NCBI GenBank assembly: GCA_040767195.1
Contig: JAXGPA010000004.1
Coordinates: forward strand, 160,001-224,000
Length of the DNA: 64,000 bases
Reading direction: 5' to 3'
Origin: Syntrophales bacterium
GTDB lineage: Bacteria > Desulfobacterota > Syntrophia > Syntrophales > UBA6807
The position numbers and the translations under genes were made by a program. How positions within the stretch are numbered: position 1 is the stretch's first letter; each line of letters begins with the position of its first letter. The notes under the pieces were generated by a model. The model was not told the DNA's origin. It searched no databases and saw only the letters and a list, made by a program, of their open reading frames with translations. Positions 29,390 through 39,379 of this stretch are shown piece by piece.

Positions 29390-29431
29390 AAAAAAGGGCC
29401 GCAGCCTTTCACTGCCTAAAGGCTGCGGCCC
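29390..29431 (-). terminator. Rho-independent terminator after the envelope gene cluster
   Basis: 14-bp stem GGGCCGCAGCCTTT/AAAGGCTGCGGCCC followed by T6 on the minus strand. Confidence 0.75.
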
Positions 29432-29487
29432 CTGCTTATCGTCTTTTCAATTCCAGGCTGACAAAACCCGTCAAAAACCGGTAAAGA

Positions 29488-30438
29488 TCAGTCGAGCACG
29501 ATCATGACCCGGCACTTTTTCATGAAAGTGAGATTTTCCGCCGAAGCCCGGATCTGGTTCGCATCGGCATTCGAAATGGTGATATTCGATTTTCCGGACC
29601 CTTCCGCCTTCAGGGCCTTCACCGTAACGGGGTTATTCGTCACCCGCTGGTTCGTCTGGGCGGCGTTCAAGTCCCTGGCATACCCGCTGATTCCCTGCTG
29701 GACCGCGTACTCCCGGTCCACCACCATGGACCCGTACACTTCCTGGCCGCTTTCATCGAGAATCTTCGGGGACATGGCCGGCCGGGCCCCGACACCCCGG
29801 GCGTCCACCACCATGCCCGTGTAGACTACCGCGGGCTGAACCGTCGATGCCGCCGGAGCCTGGGGGGCCGGCGCAGCGGGGGCCGCCGGAACCTGCGGGG
29901 CCGCCGGGGCCTGCGGCGCGCTGTAGGGAACCGCAGGGGCCTGAGGGACAATGGCGGGAACGGACTGGATGACCGTGGGATAGATCACCTGGGTCAGGCC
30001 GCCGTTCAAGTTCATGCGAACGGTCACCTCCACCGTCCCGTCGGAGAGGTAGTCCGTTTTGACGATCTGGGCCCCTCTGACCATCCCTTCCACCTGGGTC
30101 CGGATGATGTCGCTTTCCACGGCGAAATCCTTGACGGTCGTTTCTGAATTGACCCGGACGCCCTGGGTGACTTCGAGAAGTTTCCTGTAGGCGTCGGCCG
30201 TGGCGGCCCGCATGGCCATGGGACGGGCCTGGGGTTTTCCGTAAAAACGCTCGGGAGGCGCGCCGATGCCGACGGCGTCAATCGTTCCGGTTGTCCAGTT
30301 GACGCTTCCCGACGCCCCGATCATTTCCACATACTGGCCCCCTCCGGCCGTTTGAGCGGCCGCCGTCGCGGCTGCCGCAAACAGGAACAGCAGAGACAAC
30401 GTGACGACAATCGGCAGCATTCCTTTCTTTCTCATCAT
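29488..30438 (-). CDS. Exported protein with LPP20/FlgT-N-like domain, Pro/Ala/Gln linker and conserved C-terminal domain
   Basis: Signal peptide; A.RAA..DAYR.L.E...GVRV.SETTV.D; YTG.VVDARG....PAMSPKI.DE.G.EVYG. Confidence 0.65.
   Translation of the reverse strand: MMRKKGMLPIVVTLSLLFLFAAAATAAAQTAGGGQYVEMIGASGSVNWTTGTIDAVGIGAPPERFYGKPQARPMAMRAATADAYRKLLEVTQGVRVNSETTVKDFAVESDIIRTQVEGMVRGAQIVKTDYLSDGTVEVTVRMNLNGGLTQVIYPTVIQSVPAIVPQAPAVPYSAPQAPAAPQVPAAPAAPAPQAPAASTVQPAVVYTGMVVDARGVGARPAMSPKILDESGQEVYGSMVVDREYAVQQGISGYARDLNAAQTNQRVTNNPVTVKALKAEGSGKSNITISNADANQIRASAENLTFMKKCRVMIVLD
29849..29946 (-). repeat. Degenerate tandem coding repeat (PQAPAA-type linker)
   Basis: PQAPAVPYSAPQAPAAPQVPAAPAAPAPQAPAA in the translation. 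Confidence 0.7.
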
Positions 30439-30600
30439 CTCCTCCTTTACCTCCTTTGCAGTCCCAAAAGATTTCATTTCTTTATGATTTCATGAATAAC
30501 GTTTTTCCCTGCCCCTCATTTAATGTTTTTTTTCTCCCCTCTGTCAACGAAAAAATGCGGCCTGACACGCCGCGAACGACGGAAGATCCAAAAAAAGCAT

Positions 30601-31455
30601 TCACTTGTACTTCTTCAGATAGTAGCTTGCCGCCTTGTTCCCCGGCTGTACGGAGAGCATCTTCTTCCAGTACTGGACCGCTTCCTCCGTTTTTCCCTCT
30701 CCGTGAAGCCTGAGGGCCGTGTCCCCGTAAACCTTCGCCAGGTTCGAGGGGGCGTCCCGGTCTTTCGGATTGACTTTCATGACCTCCCGCCACTGGGCGA
30801 TGGCCTCGTCCTTTTTTCCCTGGTTGTAGAGAATCCACCCCCTGTCGTTCATGGCGTTCGTGTGGCTGGGCTTGAGGGCGATGGTCCTTTCATATTCCAG
30901 AAGGGCATTGTAGACCATGTCGAGGCTGCTGAAGGCCAGGCCCAGGCGGTAGTGGGTTTCCGGTTCCTCCGAATCGGCGTCCCGGGCCTTTTTGAGAAAT
31001 TCGATGGCTTTCACGGGGTTGTGCCGGATGTTGTAGATGGTGCCTATGAAATAATAGGCCTCGGCGTTGGCCGGGTCCAGGGAGATCACCTCCCGGAACT
31101 TGGCGAACCCCCGGTCCAGGTCGTTTTTCTGGAGATAGAGGTACCCCAGCCAGAGGTGGGCATAGGTGTTCCGGTAGTCGATCTCCACGACCCTGGAGAA
31201 TTCCCCGAAGGCCTCGTCGAACCGCTCCTTCTTGGCGTACAGCGTCCCGAGCTGGTTGTGGGCGTACTCGTTTTCGGGAGCGAGGCGCAGGGCTTCCCGG
31301 AATTTGTCGATGGCCTCATCCACCCGGCCCCGGAAGTGAAGATCCGCCCCCTCGAAGAGAAGATCGTTCACGTCGGCGGAAAAGGCGGGAAAAGCCGCGA
31401 GGAGAAGGAAAACCAGGCCTGCGAGGATCACCGGCGGACGGGGGCGTCTCTTCAT
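30601..31455 (-). CDS. Exported TPR-repeat protein
   Basis: Signal peptide ending AFSA; about seven consecutive 34-aa TPR units. Confidence 0.85.
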   Translation of the reverse strand: MKRRPRPPVILAGLVFLLLAAFPAFSADVNDLLFEGADLHFRGRVDEAIDKFREALRLAPENEYAHNQLGTLYAKKERFDEAFGEFSRVVEIDYRNTYAHLWLGYLYLQKNDLDRGFAKFREVISLDPANAEAYYFIGTIYNIRHNPVKAIEFLKKARDADSEEPETHYRLGLAFSSLDMVYNALLEYERTIALKPSHTNAMNDRGWILYNQGKKDEAIAQWREVMKVNPKDRDAPSNLAKVYGDTALRLHGEGKTEEAVQYWKKMLSVQPGNKAASYYLKKYK

Positions 31456-32564
31456 GATATCCCCCGAAAGACGGCGTCGGCGATTTTATCGAGAAAAGCG
31501 GGCTTCTTCAACTTGTCCTCGTCCTCGGGATTGGAAATGAACCCCGTTTCGAGCAGGATGGCCGGCATCCGGGCCCTGCGAAGAACGAAGAAGTTGGCCG
31601 AATTGACGCCCCGGCTCCGAAAGGGCAGGTCCTCCTTGAACTTGGCTTGAAATGTTTCCGCGAATCGGCCGCTTTCCTTCCAGTTCATGCGCTGCTCGAA
31701 ATAAAAAAGAAGTTCTTCTATGCTGAAGAAACCTTCTTCTTTCTTGAATTCCTCGTCGTACTTCAGGACCGAGTTTTCGAATTCCGCGAGCCGGGCCGCT
31801 TCGGCGTTGGAGGCTTTCTCGGCGCAGAAGTAGGTTTCCGAACCGTGGGCCTTCCGGTTTTCGTTGGCGTTGATGTGCAGGCTGACAAACAGGTCGGCCT
31901 GGTACTGGTTGGCGATGGCCGTCCGGTCGCTCAGGGGAATGTAATAGTCCGCCGTCCGGGTCAGGAAGGACTTCACCCGGCCCGCTGACTCCAGCCGGCG
32001 GTGAAGGCGGTTCGCCAGATCCAGGGTCACGTCCTTTTCCTTGAGGCCGGAAAGGCCGACGGCGCCCGAATCGAACCCCCCATGACCCGCGTCGATGACC
32101 ACCCGGTTGACCCTGAACGCCAGGCCCTCCTGCGACTCAAGCCTGCCCAGGACCTTTTTTTCTTCCTCCCGGGCCCGGATCTCCAGGGGGGACAGGGGTT
32201 TCTCCTTTTTGGGCAGCCTGGGGAGGGGCTTTTGGGTCATCATGTCGATCATCCACCGGGAATACGTGTCCTCGGGGTTGATCCGCAGGGCCTGGCGGAA
32301 GGCCTCCACCGCCTCGGCGTTTTTGCCGAGCCCGTGATAGGCCCGGCCGAGAAGACCGTAAGACCACTCACTGGAGGGATCGAGGGCCACGGCCCGGGTC
32401 AGGACCTCCACGGCCTTCCCGTATTCTCCCTTCTGGATCAGGTCCTGTCCCTGGAGACCGAGATCGAAGGCCGTTTCGCCGAAAACGACGGCAGGGAAAA
32501 CCCCGGCGAGGGGCGCGAGCAGAATCCCCTTTCCCAGGCAGTGGAGGAATTTCCGGCGGTTCAC
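31452..32564 (-). CDS. Tat-exported TPR + N-acetylmuramoyl-L-alanine amidase (Amidase_3)
   Basis: NRRKFL twin-arginine signal; N-terminal TPRs; IDAGHGG.D.GA, EK, SLHINA, LLETGF catalytic motifs. Confidence 0.9.
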   Translation of the reverse strand: MNRRKFLHCLGKGILLAPLAGVFPAVVFGETAFDLGLQGQDLIQKGEYGKAVEVLTRAVALDPSSEWSYGLLGRAYHGLGKNAEAVEAFRQALRINPEDTYSRWMIDMMTQKPLPRLPKKEKPLSPLEIRAREEEKKVLGRLESQEGLAFRVNRVVIDAGHGGFDSGAVGLSGLKEKDVTLDLANRLHRRLESAGRVKSFLTRTADYYIPLSDRTAIANQYQADLFVSLHINANENRKAHGSETYFCAEKASNAEAARLAEFENSVLKYDEEFKKEEGFFSIEELLFYFEQRMNWKESGRFAETFQAKFKEDLPFRSRGVNSANFFVLRRARMPAILLETGFISNPEDEDKLKKPAFLDKIADAVFRGIS

Positions 32565-32573
32565 GGGCGGCTC

Positions 32574-35312
32574 CTAAGGGGTGAAAACCCGCTCTTCGGG
32601 AGACGAAAGCCAGGGTTCGATGTTGATGTTGATGCCCCAGATCCGGTCCCGGTTCGGCGGGGCCTCTCCCCACCAGTTGTTCCGGGCGTCAATGCAAATG
32701 GACGAGAAGGTCTGGACGGCCACGGCGTTTTCAATGAAATTATTGTTTTTTATCAAAGGGTTGGACATACCAACGGCGGTAATCGCCCCTTCCCCGGTGT
32801 TTCGGGTGAAGGTGCAGTGGGTGATCTTCGGTGACGCGTCGTTCCGGCAGGCCACACCGCTTTGCGAATTGTCCGCGATGTAGCAGAAGGTGATTTCCGG
32901 GGCTCCCCCGTGGAGATCGAAGGCCGTCGCGGCGAACCGGACCGAACAGTACTCGAAGAAACTGTTCACCTTCGTCACCCCCGAAAGCCGGACGGCATGG
33001 GTGTAAAACCCCGGCGAGGGGGACGCCGCCGATGCCGTGAAAACGATGGGACTCTCCTTCGTGCCCCGGGCCACGACACCCCCGTCCCGGACCATGACGG
33101 CCGTCTTCTGGTCATACTGAATTTCCACCCCCGGTTCCACGAAGAGGGTCGCCCCCCCGTCGATCACGAGATCCGATTCGACTCGGTACGGGCTTTCGGA
33201 AAGGATGAGATAACCGTCCTCGAGGATCGTCCCGGAGAGAACGGCGTCCCGTACCGGGATCTTCCGCGATTTACCCTCCGGGGGCGGGCCGTCCAGGATG
33301 GAGCGGACATCAATCCGTCCGTGAATCTTCGACAGGACGGAAAGGACCTCCACGGTGCCCCACCAGTTGTCGTGGGCCTTCACAGCTTCTCCCGTCATTT
33401 CTCCCGAGACATCGTAGGGCCTGTTTTCACAGAAGACGTTCCCCCGGATCTCCGCCCGGGCCCTGGCGAGGCGGATTCCCGACCCACCGTTCCTGGAAAT
33501 GACGTTGTTTTCGATGACCGCCTCGGCGTTCCCGATTTCGATCCCCGTACCGCCGTTCCCCTCGATGCGGCTGTCCCGAATGACGGGGCGGGCGGAGGAA
33601 TCCACGAGGATTCCGGAAAGACGGTTCTTGTGGATGGCGCAGTTTCTGATTTCAGGCTTTGAAAAGGCCCCCTCGACCTGGATGCCCGCGCCGTTGCCCG
33701 TGATCTCCACGGATTCGATCTTCGGCGACGAGGCCTCGCAACGGATGGCCACATCGGCCCCCCGGACCCGGCAGAAACGAAGCAGGTTTTCCTTCTCCCT
33801 CACGTTGGCGAAACGGATTCCCGGCCAAGTGCCACCGCCGGCTTCTTCGAAATGAATGAGCCGCTTTTCGTCGCCCACGGCCGCGAGACGGCCTTCAACG
33901 GTGAGCGGGAAGCCTTTCGAACGGATCACCGTGCCCGGTTCGATGGTGAGAACGGCCCGGTCTTTTACGAGCACCGGCCCTTCCAGGATGTAGGGGCTCG
34001 CTCCGGAATACCATGTGGTTCCGGCCTCGATAACGCCGGAAACGGCTGTCGGGCCGGGGGGAAGGGGCATGCCTTCGGCGGGTTCCGTTTTGACGCTCTC
34101 GTTCCCCGCGGTGTCGAAAGCGGACAGGCGGTAGAAGTATCTTTGCAGGTTCTCAAGGCCGGCGTCCTTGAACTCGGCGAATTCCGTTTTCCCGATCTCC
34201 CCGTAGCCGCTCAGCGGCGTGAGGCTCCGGTAGAGACGGTATCCCGCCAGGTCCTTTTCCGTGTTTTTCGTCCAGTCGAGGAGCACATAGGTGTTTCTGC
34301 CCACGGCCTGGAGGCCCCGGGGTGTTGCCGGCGGCGTCGTGTCAAGGGTCACTGTCCCGATGGCGTCGATCCACTGGGCCGTGTTCCCCGAATCGTCGGT
34401 CAGAAAACCGGTGACGATGGCGCCGTCCACGTTGTCCCCCGGAACGACCCGGTAGGTCCCCAGGTAGCCGCCTTCCTCCACCTCTTTCATGTCGACGCCC
34501 TTCCGGGCATCCCCGATGTTGAAGTAGGCCCGAAGGCCCGGGGTCCCTTTCATGACCACCTTCACCTCGTCACCGGCCTTTCTCGGAAGCCCTTTCGTGT
34601 CCTGGGTCAGGAAGGTGATGACGGGCGGGGGAACCTCGGCGAGTTTCGGAACGGGAATGGTTTTCACCATGTCCCGGAAGAGGTCGTCACAGGCCCGAAG
34701 GAGCTGGATGTCCCGGATGTTGAGCGACGTGGCGATGATCGTGGCGATGATGCCCACCGGCGTCGTCGAGATGCCTCCCGAGTGCGTGCGAACGGTGTGC
34801 TCGCCGCTCCAGAGAAAATTTCCCGTTTTCGTGTCGTACATCTCGATGGCCGCCCCGACGGACACCTGGGAGTAGATGACGGCGAAAAGCTTGTCGAAGT
34901 TGGAAATGGTCCCGAACACGACGGCGTCCACGGAGAGGATCTTCCCGAGCTCCTGGGCGCCCTTTTTCCGGATCTCCTCGGGGTCCGTGAGCCCCTGTTT
35001 CTGGAGAAGATAGTTGACCCGGGAAAGTTCCATGTCCCGGTAGGGCAAAGAACTCAGGTGATTGTAAAAACACTTCCGGACAATCTCGAAGCCTTCCTTG
35101 CTTCTCGACTGGTCCACGAAGGGCACGATGGCCACGGACCGGGGAAGGTGTTTCTCCATGTAGGGATCCACCTTGTACGTCCCCTCGAAGAAGCTTTGTA
35201 CCTCCGAAACGACGCCGGTTTTTTTCGTGGACACGACACAGTTGACGAGAAGAAGGGAGAGAACGGCGAGAAGAATGAGGGGCAGCGGGGTTCTTTTCAG
35301 CCGTCTAGGCAT
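32574..35312 (-). CDS. Large lipoprotein: DUF799/GNA1162-like N-domain, FN3, right-handed beta-helix domains
   Basis: Lipobox LVNC; VAIVPF...LG.IL.VDAVV.G.I; DTTPP..P.GL, DLAGY.LYRS, D.AGNES; parallel beta-helix N...GI repeats with NWWG ends. Confidence 0.7.
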   Translation of the reverse strand: MPRRLKRTPLPLILLAVLSLLLVNCVVSTKKTGVVSEVQSFFEGTYKVDPYMEKHLPRSVAIVPFVDQSRSKEGFEIVRKCFYNHLSSLPYRDMELSRVNYLLQKQGLTDPEEIRKKGAQELGKILSVDAVVFGTISNFDKLFAVIYSQVSVGAAIEMYDTKTGNFLWSGEHTVRTHSGGISTTPVGIIATIIATSLNIRDIQLLRACDDLFRDMVKTIPVPKLAEVPPPVITFLTQDTKGLPRKAGDEVKVVMKGTPGLRAYFNIGDARKGVDMKEVEEGGYLGTYRVVPGDNVDGAIVTGFLTDDSGNTAQWIDAIGTVTLDTTPPATPRGLQAVGRNTYVLLDWTKNTEKDLAGYRLYRSLTPLSGYGEIGKTEFAEFKDAGLENLQRYFYRLSAFDTAGNESVKTEPAEGMPLPPGPTAVSGVIEAGTTWYSGASPYILEGPVLVKDRAVLTIEPGTVIRSKGFPLTVEGRLAAVGDEKRLIHFEEAGGGTWPGIRFANVREKENLLRFCRVRGADVAIRCEASSPKIESVEITGNGAGIQVEGAFSKPEIRNCAIHKNRLSGILVDSSARPVIRDSRIEGNGGTGIEIGNAEAVIENNVISRNGGSGIRLARARAEIRGNVFCENRPYDVSGEMTGEAVKAHDNWWGTVEVLSVLSKIHGRIDVRSILDGPPPEGKSRKIPVRDAVLSGTILEDGYLILSESPYRVESDLVIDGGATLFVEPGVEIQYDQKTAVMVRDGGVVARGTKESPIVFTASAASPSPGFYTHAVRLSGVTKVNSFFEYCSVRFAATAFDLHGGAPEITFCYIADNSQSGVACRNDASPKITHCTFTRNTGEGAITAVGMSNPLIKNNNFIENAVAVQTFSSICIDARNNWWGEAPPNRDRIWGININIEPWLSSPEERVFTP

Positions 35313-35368
35313 GGTGCCTCCTTTCAGAGTGGATCCGGACCGGCGGCGGCCCCTCCCGCGGGGAGGAT

Positions 35369-36154
35369 TCAGAAACCGGTGACGCTTCGGAGGGCGTTTT
35401 CATCGTCTTCGATCACTGCCCCATGGCCCGGATAGATCTTCAGCGGTCTCGTGTTCCCGAGGAGGTACTGAAAAGAATCGGTCATGCGCCGCCGGTCCTG
35501 GTAAAACCGGTTCAGCGCCGCATTTTTTCTCATTACCATATTGATAATGAGATCTCCACAGATTAATTCACCGGTGGGATCGTTATAGAAGCTCACCGAG
35601 TCCCCGGTGTGACCGGGCGTCTCGATGATTTCCCAGCTGTCGAGCCCCAGGGGGTAACGCCGCCCCGGCCCTTTGGGGTAAACGATCCGGTCTTCATAGG
35701 GAAGGCGGCGGCACCTGCGAATGCCGGGCAGGGGGATTCCCGCCGGGGTCATGACTCTGAAGTGGGCGGCCCGCCTCACCGAAGAGGCGCTCATGACAGA
35801 CGCCGGCATGAGGCCGACGAACCAGTTCCGCATGATCGGCACGGGGGCGGTCCCCTCGAGATATCCGAAGACCTGCCGGGGCATGAGGACCGTTGTTTCC
35901 GGCAGACACCGCCGGAGAAGGAACCCGATGCCGCCGATGTGGTCAATGTGAAAGTGTGTGGCAGCGATGAAGAGGAGATCCTCCAGGGACCGGTGGAGAA
36001 CCCCGGTGAGATAGTCTTCCACGTCGAGGGCGCTCCCCCGGCTTCCCACATCGACGGCGGCGACCCCCGAGGCTCCCTCGATGAGATAAGCCCGGGCGAA
36101 TCCCGTGTGGGATATGGCGTGGACGCAGGGTTTTTTAACACGCATGGAAACCAT
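35369..36154 (-). CDS. Metallo-beta-lactamase-fold hydrolase
   Basis: THFHIDHIGG, TPGHT, GD, PGHG. Confidence 0.85.
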   Translation of the reverse strand: MVSMRVKKPCVHAISHTGFARAYLIEGASGVAAVDVGSRGSALDVEDYLTGVLHRSLEDLLFIAATHFHIDHIGGIGFLLRRCLPETTVLMPRQVFGYLEGTAPVPIMRNWFVGLMPASVMSASSVRRAAHFRVMTPAGIPLPGIRRCRRLPYEDRIVYPKGPGRRYPLGLDSWEIIETPGHTGDSVSFYNDPTGELICGDLIINMVMRKNAALNRFYQDRRRMTDSFQYLLGNTRPLKIYPGHGAVIEDDENALRSVTGF

Positions 36155-36228
36155 CTTGCCGACAACCCCTGGAATGACCGGACGGGAGGGCCGCGGCAAG
36201 GGGGCGCTTCCGTCAAGGCCGCCGCGGG

Positions 36229-37068
36229 TCAACGGGATTTCAGGTAGTCTTCCAGGGCGACCTGCCAGAACCGGAGGGTCTTCCCCGTCGTCTCGGAAAA
36301 CTTCTGGGTGGACAGGACGGAATACGCCGGCCGCCGGGCTTTCCTGTCCAGGTCACCGGACGAGATGGGGTGGATCGTCACGGAGGTCATTCCGGCAAGC
36401 TCGACGATTTTCGCGGCGAAATCATACCAGCTGCAGGTTCCCCGGTTGGTGACATGGAAAATCCCCCGGTGATTCCCCTCGAGGAGAATCCGGACCGCCG
36501 CCGCCAGGTCCGTCGTGTACGTGGGCGACCCGACCTGGTCGTTCACCACCCGGAGGACGCCCACCTCTTTCGCCCTGGCCAGGATGCTCTCGACGAAATT
36601 CTTCCCCCTTCTGCCATAGAGCCAGGCCGTGCGGATCAGGAGATATTCCGGGGCGATCTCCCGGAGATAGCACTCCCCCAGGTATTTCGACGAGCCGTAA
36701 GCGTTCAGGGGGAGGCAGGGCTGGTCCTCCCCGTAGGGAACCCGGCCCCGGCCGTCAAAGACATAGTCGGTGCTGAAATGGACGAGGGTCGATCCCCGGT
36801 CGCGGCAGACCTGGGCCAGGTGCCCCACGCCCTCGGCATTGACGTTGAAGCAGCGGTTCCTGTCCGTTTCACAGGCGTCCACGTCGGTGTAGGCCGCGGC
36901 GTTGATCACCACGTCCGGATCCCGCTCCCCGACGATCCTCCGACATTCGAAAGGGCTGGAAAGGTCAAAGTCGTCCACATCCGCCCCCGTCACCTCGTGG
37001 TAAAGACCGAGAAGCCTGTACAGATCCGTGCCGAGCATCCCCTTGTGGCCGAGGATCAGAATTTTCAT
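36229..37068 (-). CDS. rfbD: dTDP-4-dehydrorhamnose reductase
   Basis: G.KGMLG, NAAAYT.VD..E, STDYVFDG, YG.SK, DQ.GSPT, RP.YS.L. Confidence 0.95.
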   Translation of the reverse strand: MKILILGHKGMLGTDLYRLLGLYHEVTGADVDDFDLSSPFECRRIVGERDPDVVINAAAYTDVDACETDRNRCFNVNAEGVGHLAQVCRDRGSTLVHFSTDYVFDGRGRVPYGEDQPCLPLNAYGSSKYLGECYLREIAPEYLLIRTAWLYGRRGKNFVESILARAKEVGVLRVVNDQVGSPTYTTDLAAAVRILLEGNHRGIFHVTNRGTCSWYDFAAKIVELAGMTSVTIHPISSGDLDRKARRPAYSVLSTQKFSETTGKTLRFWQVALEDYLKSR

Positions 37069-37805
37069 TCGTAGGAGACCTCCATGAGAAACAGTCCCTG
37101 GGGGGGCGCCGTCATGGCCGCCCGCCGCCGGTCTTTCGCCGCCAGGATCGCGGGGACATCTTCGGGGCAGGCCTTTCCCTTCCCGATTTCCACGAGAAGC
37201 CCGACCATGTTCCTGACCATGTGGCGGAGGAACCCGTCCGCCTCGACGGTGAAAAGGATCTCCCCCTCTCCCCGGAAATCCAGGAAAGCCCGGGTCACCG
37301 TCCGGACCCGCCCCCGGGTGTCGCACCGGGCGGCGCAGAAGGACGTGAAATCGAGGGTTCCCAGAAAATGGGAAACCCCTTCCTCCATCCGTGCCGGGTC
37401 GAGAGGGAAACGGACGTGCCAGGCGAAATTCCTGAGAAGGGCCGGCCTTACGGGCCCGTTGAGGATCCGGTACCGGTAGACCTTTCTCCGGGCGTCGAAA
37501 CGGGCGTGAAAGGCGGGATCGGCGTCGCCAAGGGCCTTCACGGCCATGTCCCGGGGGAGGAGGCTGTTCAGCCCCTTCAGGAAGTTGGCCGCGGGAATGG
37601 CCGACCGGGTCTTGAAGTTCGCCACCTGGTTCAGGGCGTGAACCCCGGCGTCGGTCCGGCCCGCACCGACGACCGTCACCGGTTCCCCGGTCATCTTCGC
37701 GACGGCTTCCTCGAGGGTTCCCTGTATGGAAGGACCGGACGGCTGGCGCTGCCAGCCGCGGTATGCCGTTCCGTCATATTCAACGGTCAGTCGAATGTTT
37801 CTCAT
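37065..37805 (-). CDS. truA: tRNA pseudouridine(38-40) synthase
   Basis: YDGT.Y.GWQ.Q, AGRTDAGVHA, FHARF, FL..MVR, APPQGL.L. Confidence 0.96.
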   Translation of the reverse strand: MRNIRLTVEYDGTAYRGWQRQPSGPSIQGTLEEAVAKMTGEPVTVVGAGRTDAGVHALNQVANFKTRSAIPAANFLKGLNSLLPRDMAVKALGDADPAFHARFDARRKVYRYRILNGPVRPALLRNFAWHVRFPLDPARMEEGVSHFLGTLDFTSFCAARCDTRGRVRTVTRAFLDFRGEGEILFTVEADGFLRHMVRNMVGLLVEIGKGKACPEDVPAILAAKDRRRAAMTAPPQGLFLMEVSYE

Positions 37806-37847
37806 GGCCCCCCGGAATGCCCCGCGCCTGCCGGGGCCACGCCCCTC

Positions 37848-39029
37848 TCAGCAGTTGTTCAGGGCCTCCACGGCGGGAAGCTTCTTCCCTTCGAGAAGCT
37901 CCAGGAAGGCGCCGCCTCCCGTCGAAATGTAGGAGATGTTGTCGCTTTCCCGGGCCTGGTGTATGGCCACATCCGTGTCGCCGCCGCCGACGATGGTCAG
38001 GGCGTAGGAGTTAGCGACGCTGTGGGCCAGGGCGAAGGTCCCCCGGCTGAAGGCGTCCTTCTCGAAAACGCCCATGGGACCGTTCCAGACAATGGTCTTT
38101 GCGTTGGCGAGGGCTTCCGTGAACAGGGTGATCGTCGCCGGCCCAATGTCCAGCCCCGTCCAGTGGGGGTTGATCTCCTGGATGGGTACGATTTTTGTTT
38201 CCGCTCCTTCTTCCAGGCTCTCGGCGATGACGCAGTCCACGGGAAGATAGAACTTTACCCCGAGTTCCCGGGCCGTTTTCATGACCTCCTCCGCCCGGGG
38301 GATCAGGTCCTCCTCGACGAGCGATTTCCCCACCTCGTGGCCCAGGGCCTTCAGGAACGTGAAGGCCATGCCGCCGCCAATGATCATCTTGTCGACCTTT
38401 CTCACGAGGTTGGCCAGGGCTTCCAGTTTCCCCGACACCTTGGAGCCTCCGATGATGGCGATGAGGGGGCGGGAGGGCTCCTCCATGGCCCGGTTGAAAT
38501 AGTTGAGTTCATTCTTCATGAGGAACCCGGCGGCGCACTCCTTGACATACCGCGTGATGGCCACGTTGGACGCGTGGCTGCGATGGGCGTTGCCGAAGGC
38601 GTCGTCGATGTACACGTCGGCAAGGCTCGCCAGCTCCCTGGCGAATTCATCGGAATTCTTCTCCTCCTCTATGTGAAACCGGAGATTCTCCAGGAGAACG
38701 AGGCAGCCCGGACGCATGTTTTCCGTTATTCTCTTCACTTCATCGCCGATGCAGTCCTTGGCGAGGATGACTTCCTTTCCCAGGAGTCGTGAAAGCCGGC
38801 GCGCCACCGGTGTGAGGCTCAACCGGTCCACGGCCTTTCCCTTCGGCCTCCCGAGGTGGGAGATGGCGATGACCCTGGCGCCCTCGTCGAGGGCGTGGTT
38901 GATCGTGGGAAGGGCAGCCCGGATTCGGGTGTCGTCCACAATGTGGGAATTCTCGTCGAGCGGCACGTTGAAATCGAACCGGCACAGCACCCTTTTCCCC
39001 TTGAGATCGAGCTGGTCAATATATTTCAT
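37848..39029 (-). CDS. pgk: Phosphoglycerate kinase
   Basis: [36 protein letters not shown]. Confidence 0.97.
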   Translation of the reverse strand: MKYIDQLDLKGKRVLCRFDFNVPLDENSHIVDDTRIRAALPTINHALDEGARVIAISHLGRPKGKAVDRLSLTPVARRLSRLLGKEVILAKDCIGDEVKRITENMRPGCLVLLENLRFHIEEEKNSDEFARELASLADVYIDDAFGNAHRSHASNVAITRYVKECAAGFLMKNELNYFNRAMEEPSRPLIAIIGGSKVSGKLEALANLVRKVDKMIIGGGMAFTFLKALGHEVGKSLVEEDLIPRAEEVMKTARELGVKFYLPVDCVIAESLEEGAETKIVPIQEINPHWTGLDIGPATITLFTEALANAKTIVWNGPMGVFEKDAFSRGTFALAHSVANSYALTIVGGGDTDVAIHQARESDNISYISTGGGAFLELLEGKKLPAVEALNNC

Positions 39030-39379
39030 GCGGCCTCCCAATTTTTCATGAGAACGATTTTTACGGCTTTATGGAAAACAACCGACGGTTGTTCGTTGAC
39101 GGAAAAAGCCCCCTGCGGGCGGCCCGGCGGAAACCGCCTTCCCGGATCGAAAGCCCCCCGGTTTCTTCCCGCCGGAAACGGCGGGCGGGGAATTCCGACC
39201 GAAGAGGGCGGAACGGAACAGTCAGGGATGAAAAGCTTATATCGTAACGTCATAAAATGGTCAAGGCGTATTAGCCGGCCCGCCGCCCGCGTATATTTGT
39301 ATTGCAATTCCCGGCGATTCATGGTAGGAGGCCGTTTTCTGTAACACAACGCCAATCCAATACAAAAGGGAGTGTTCGT

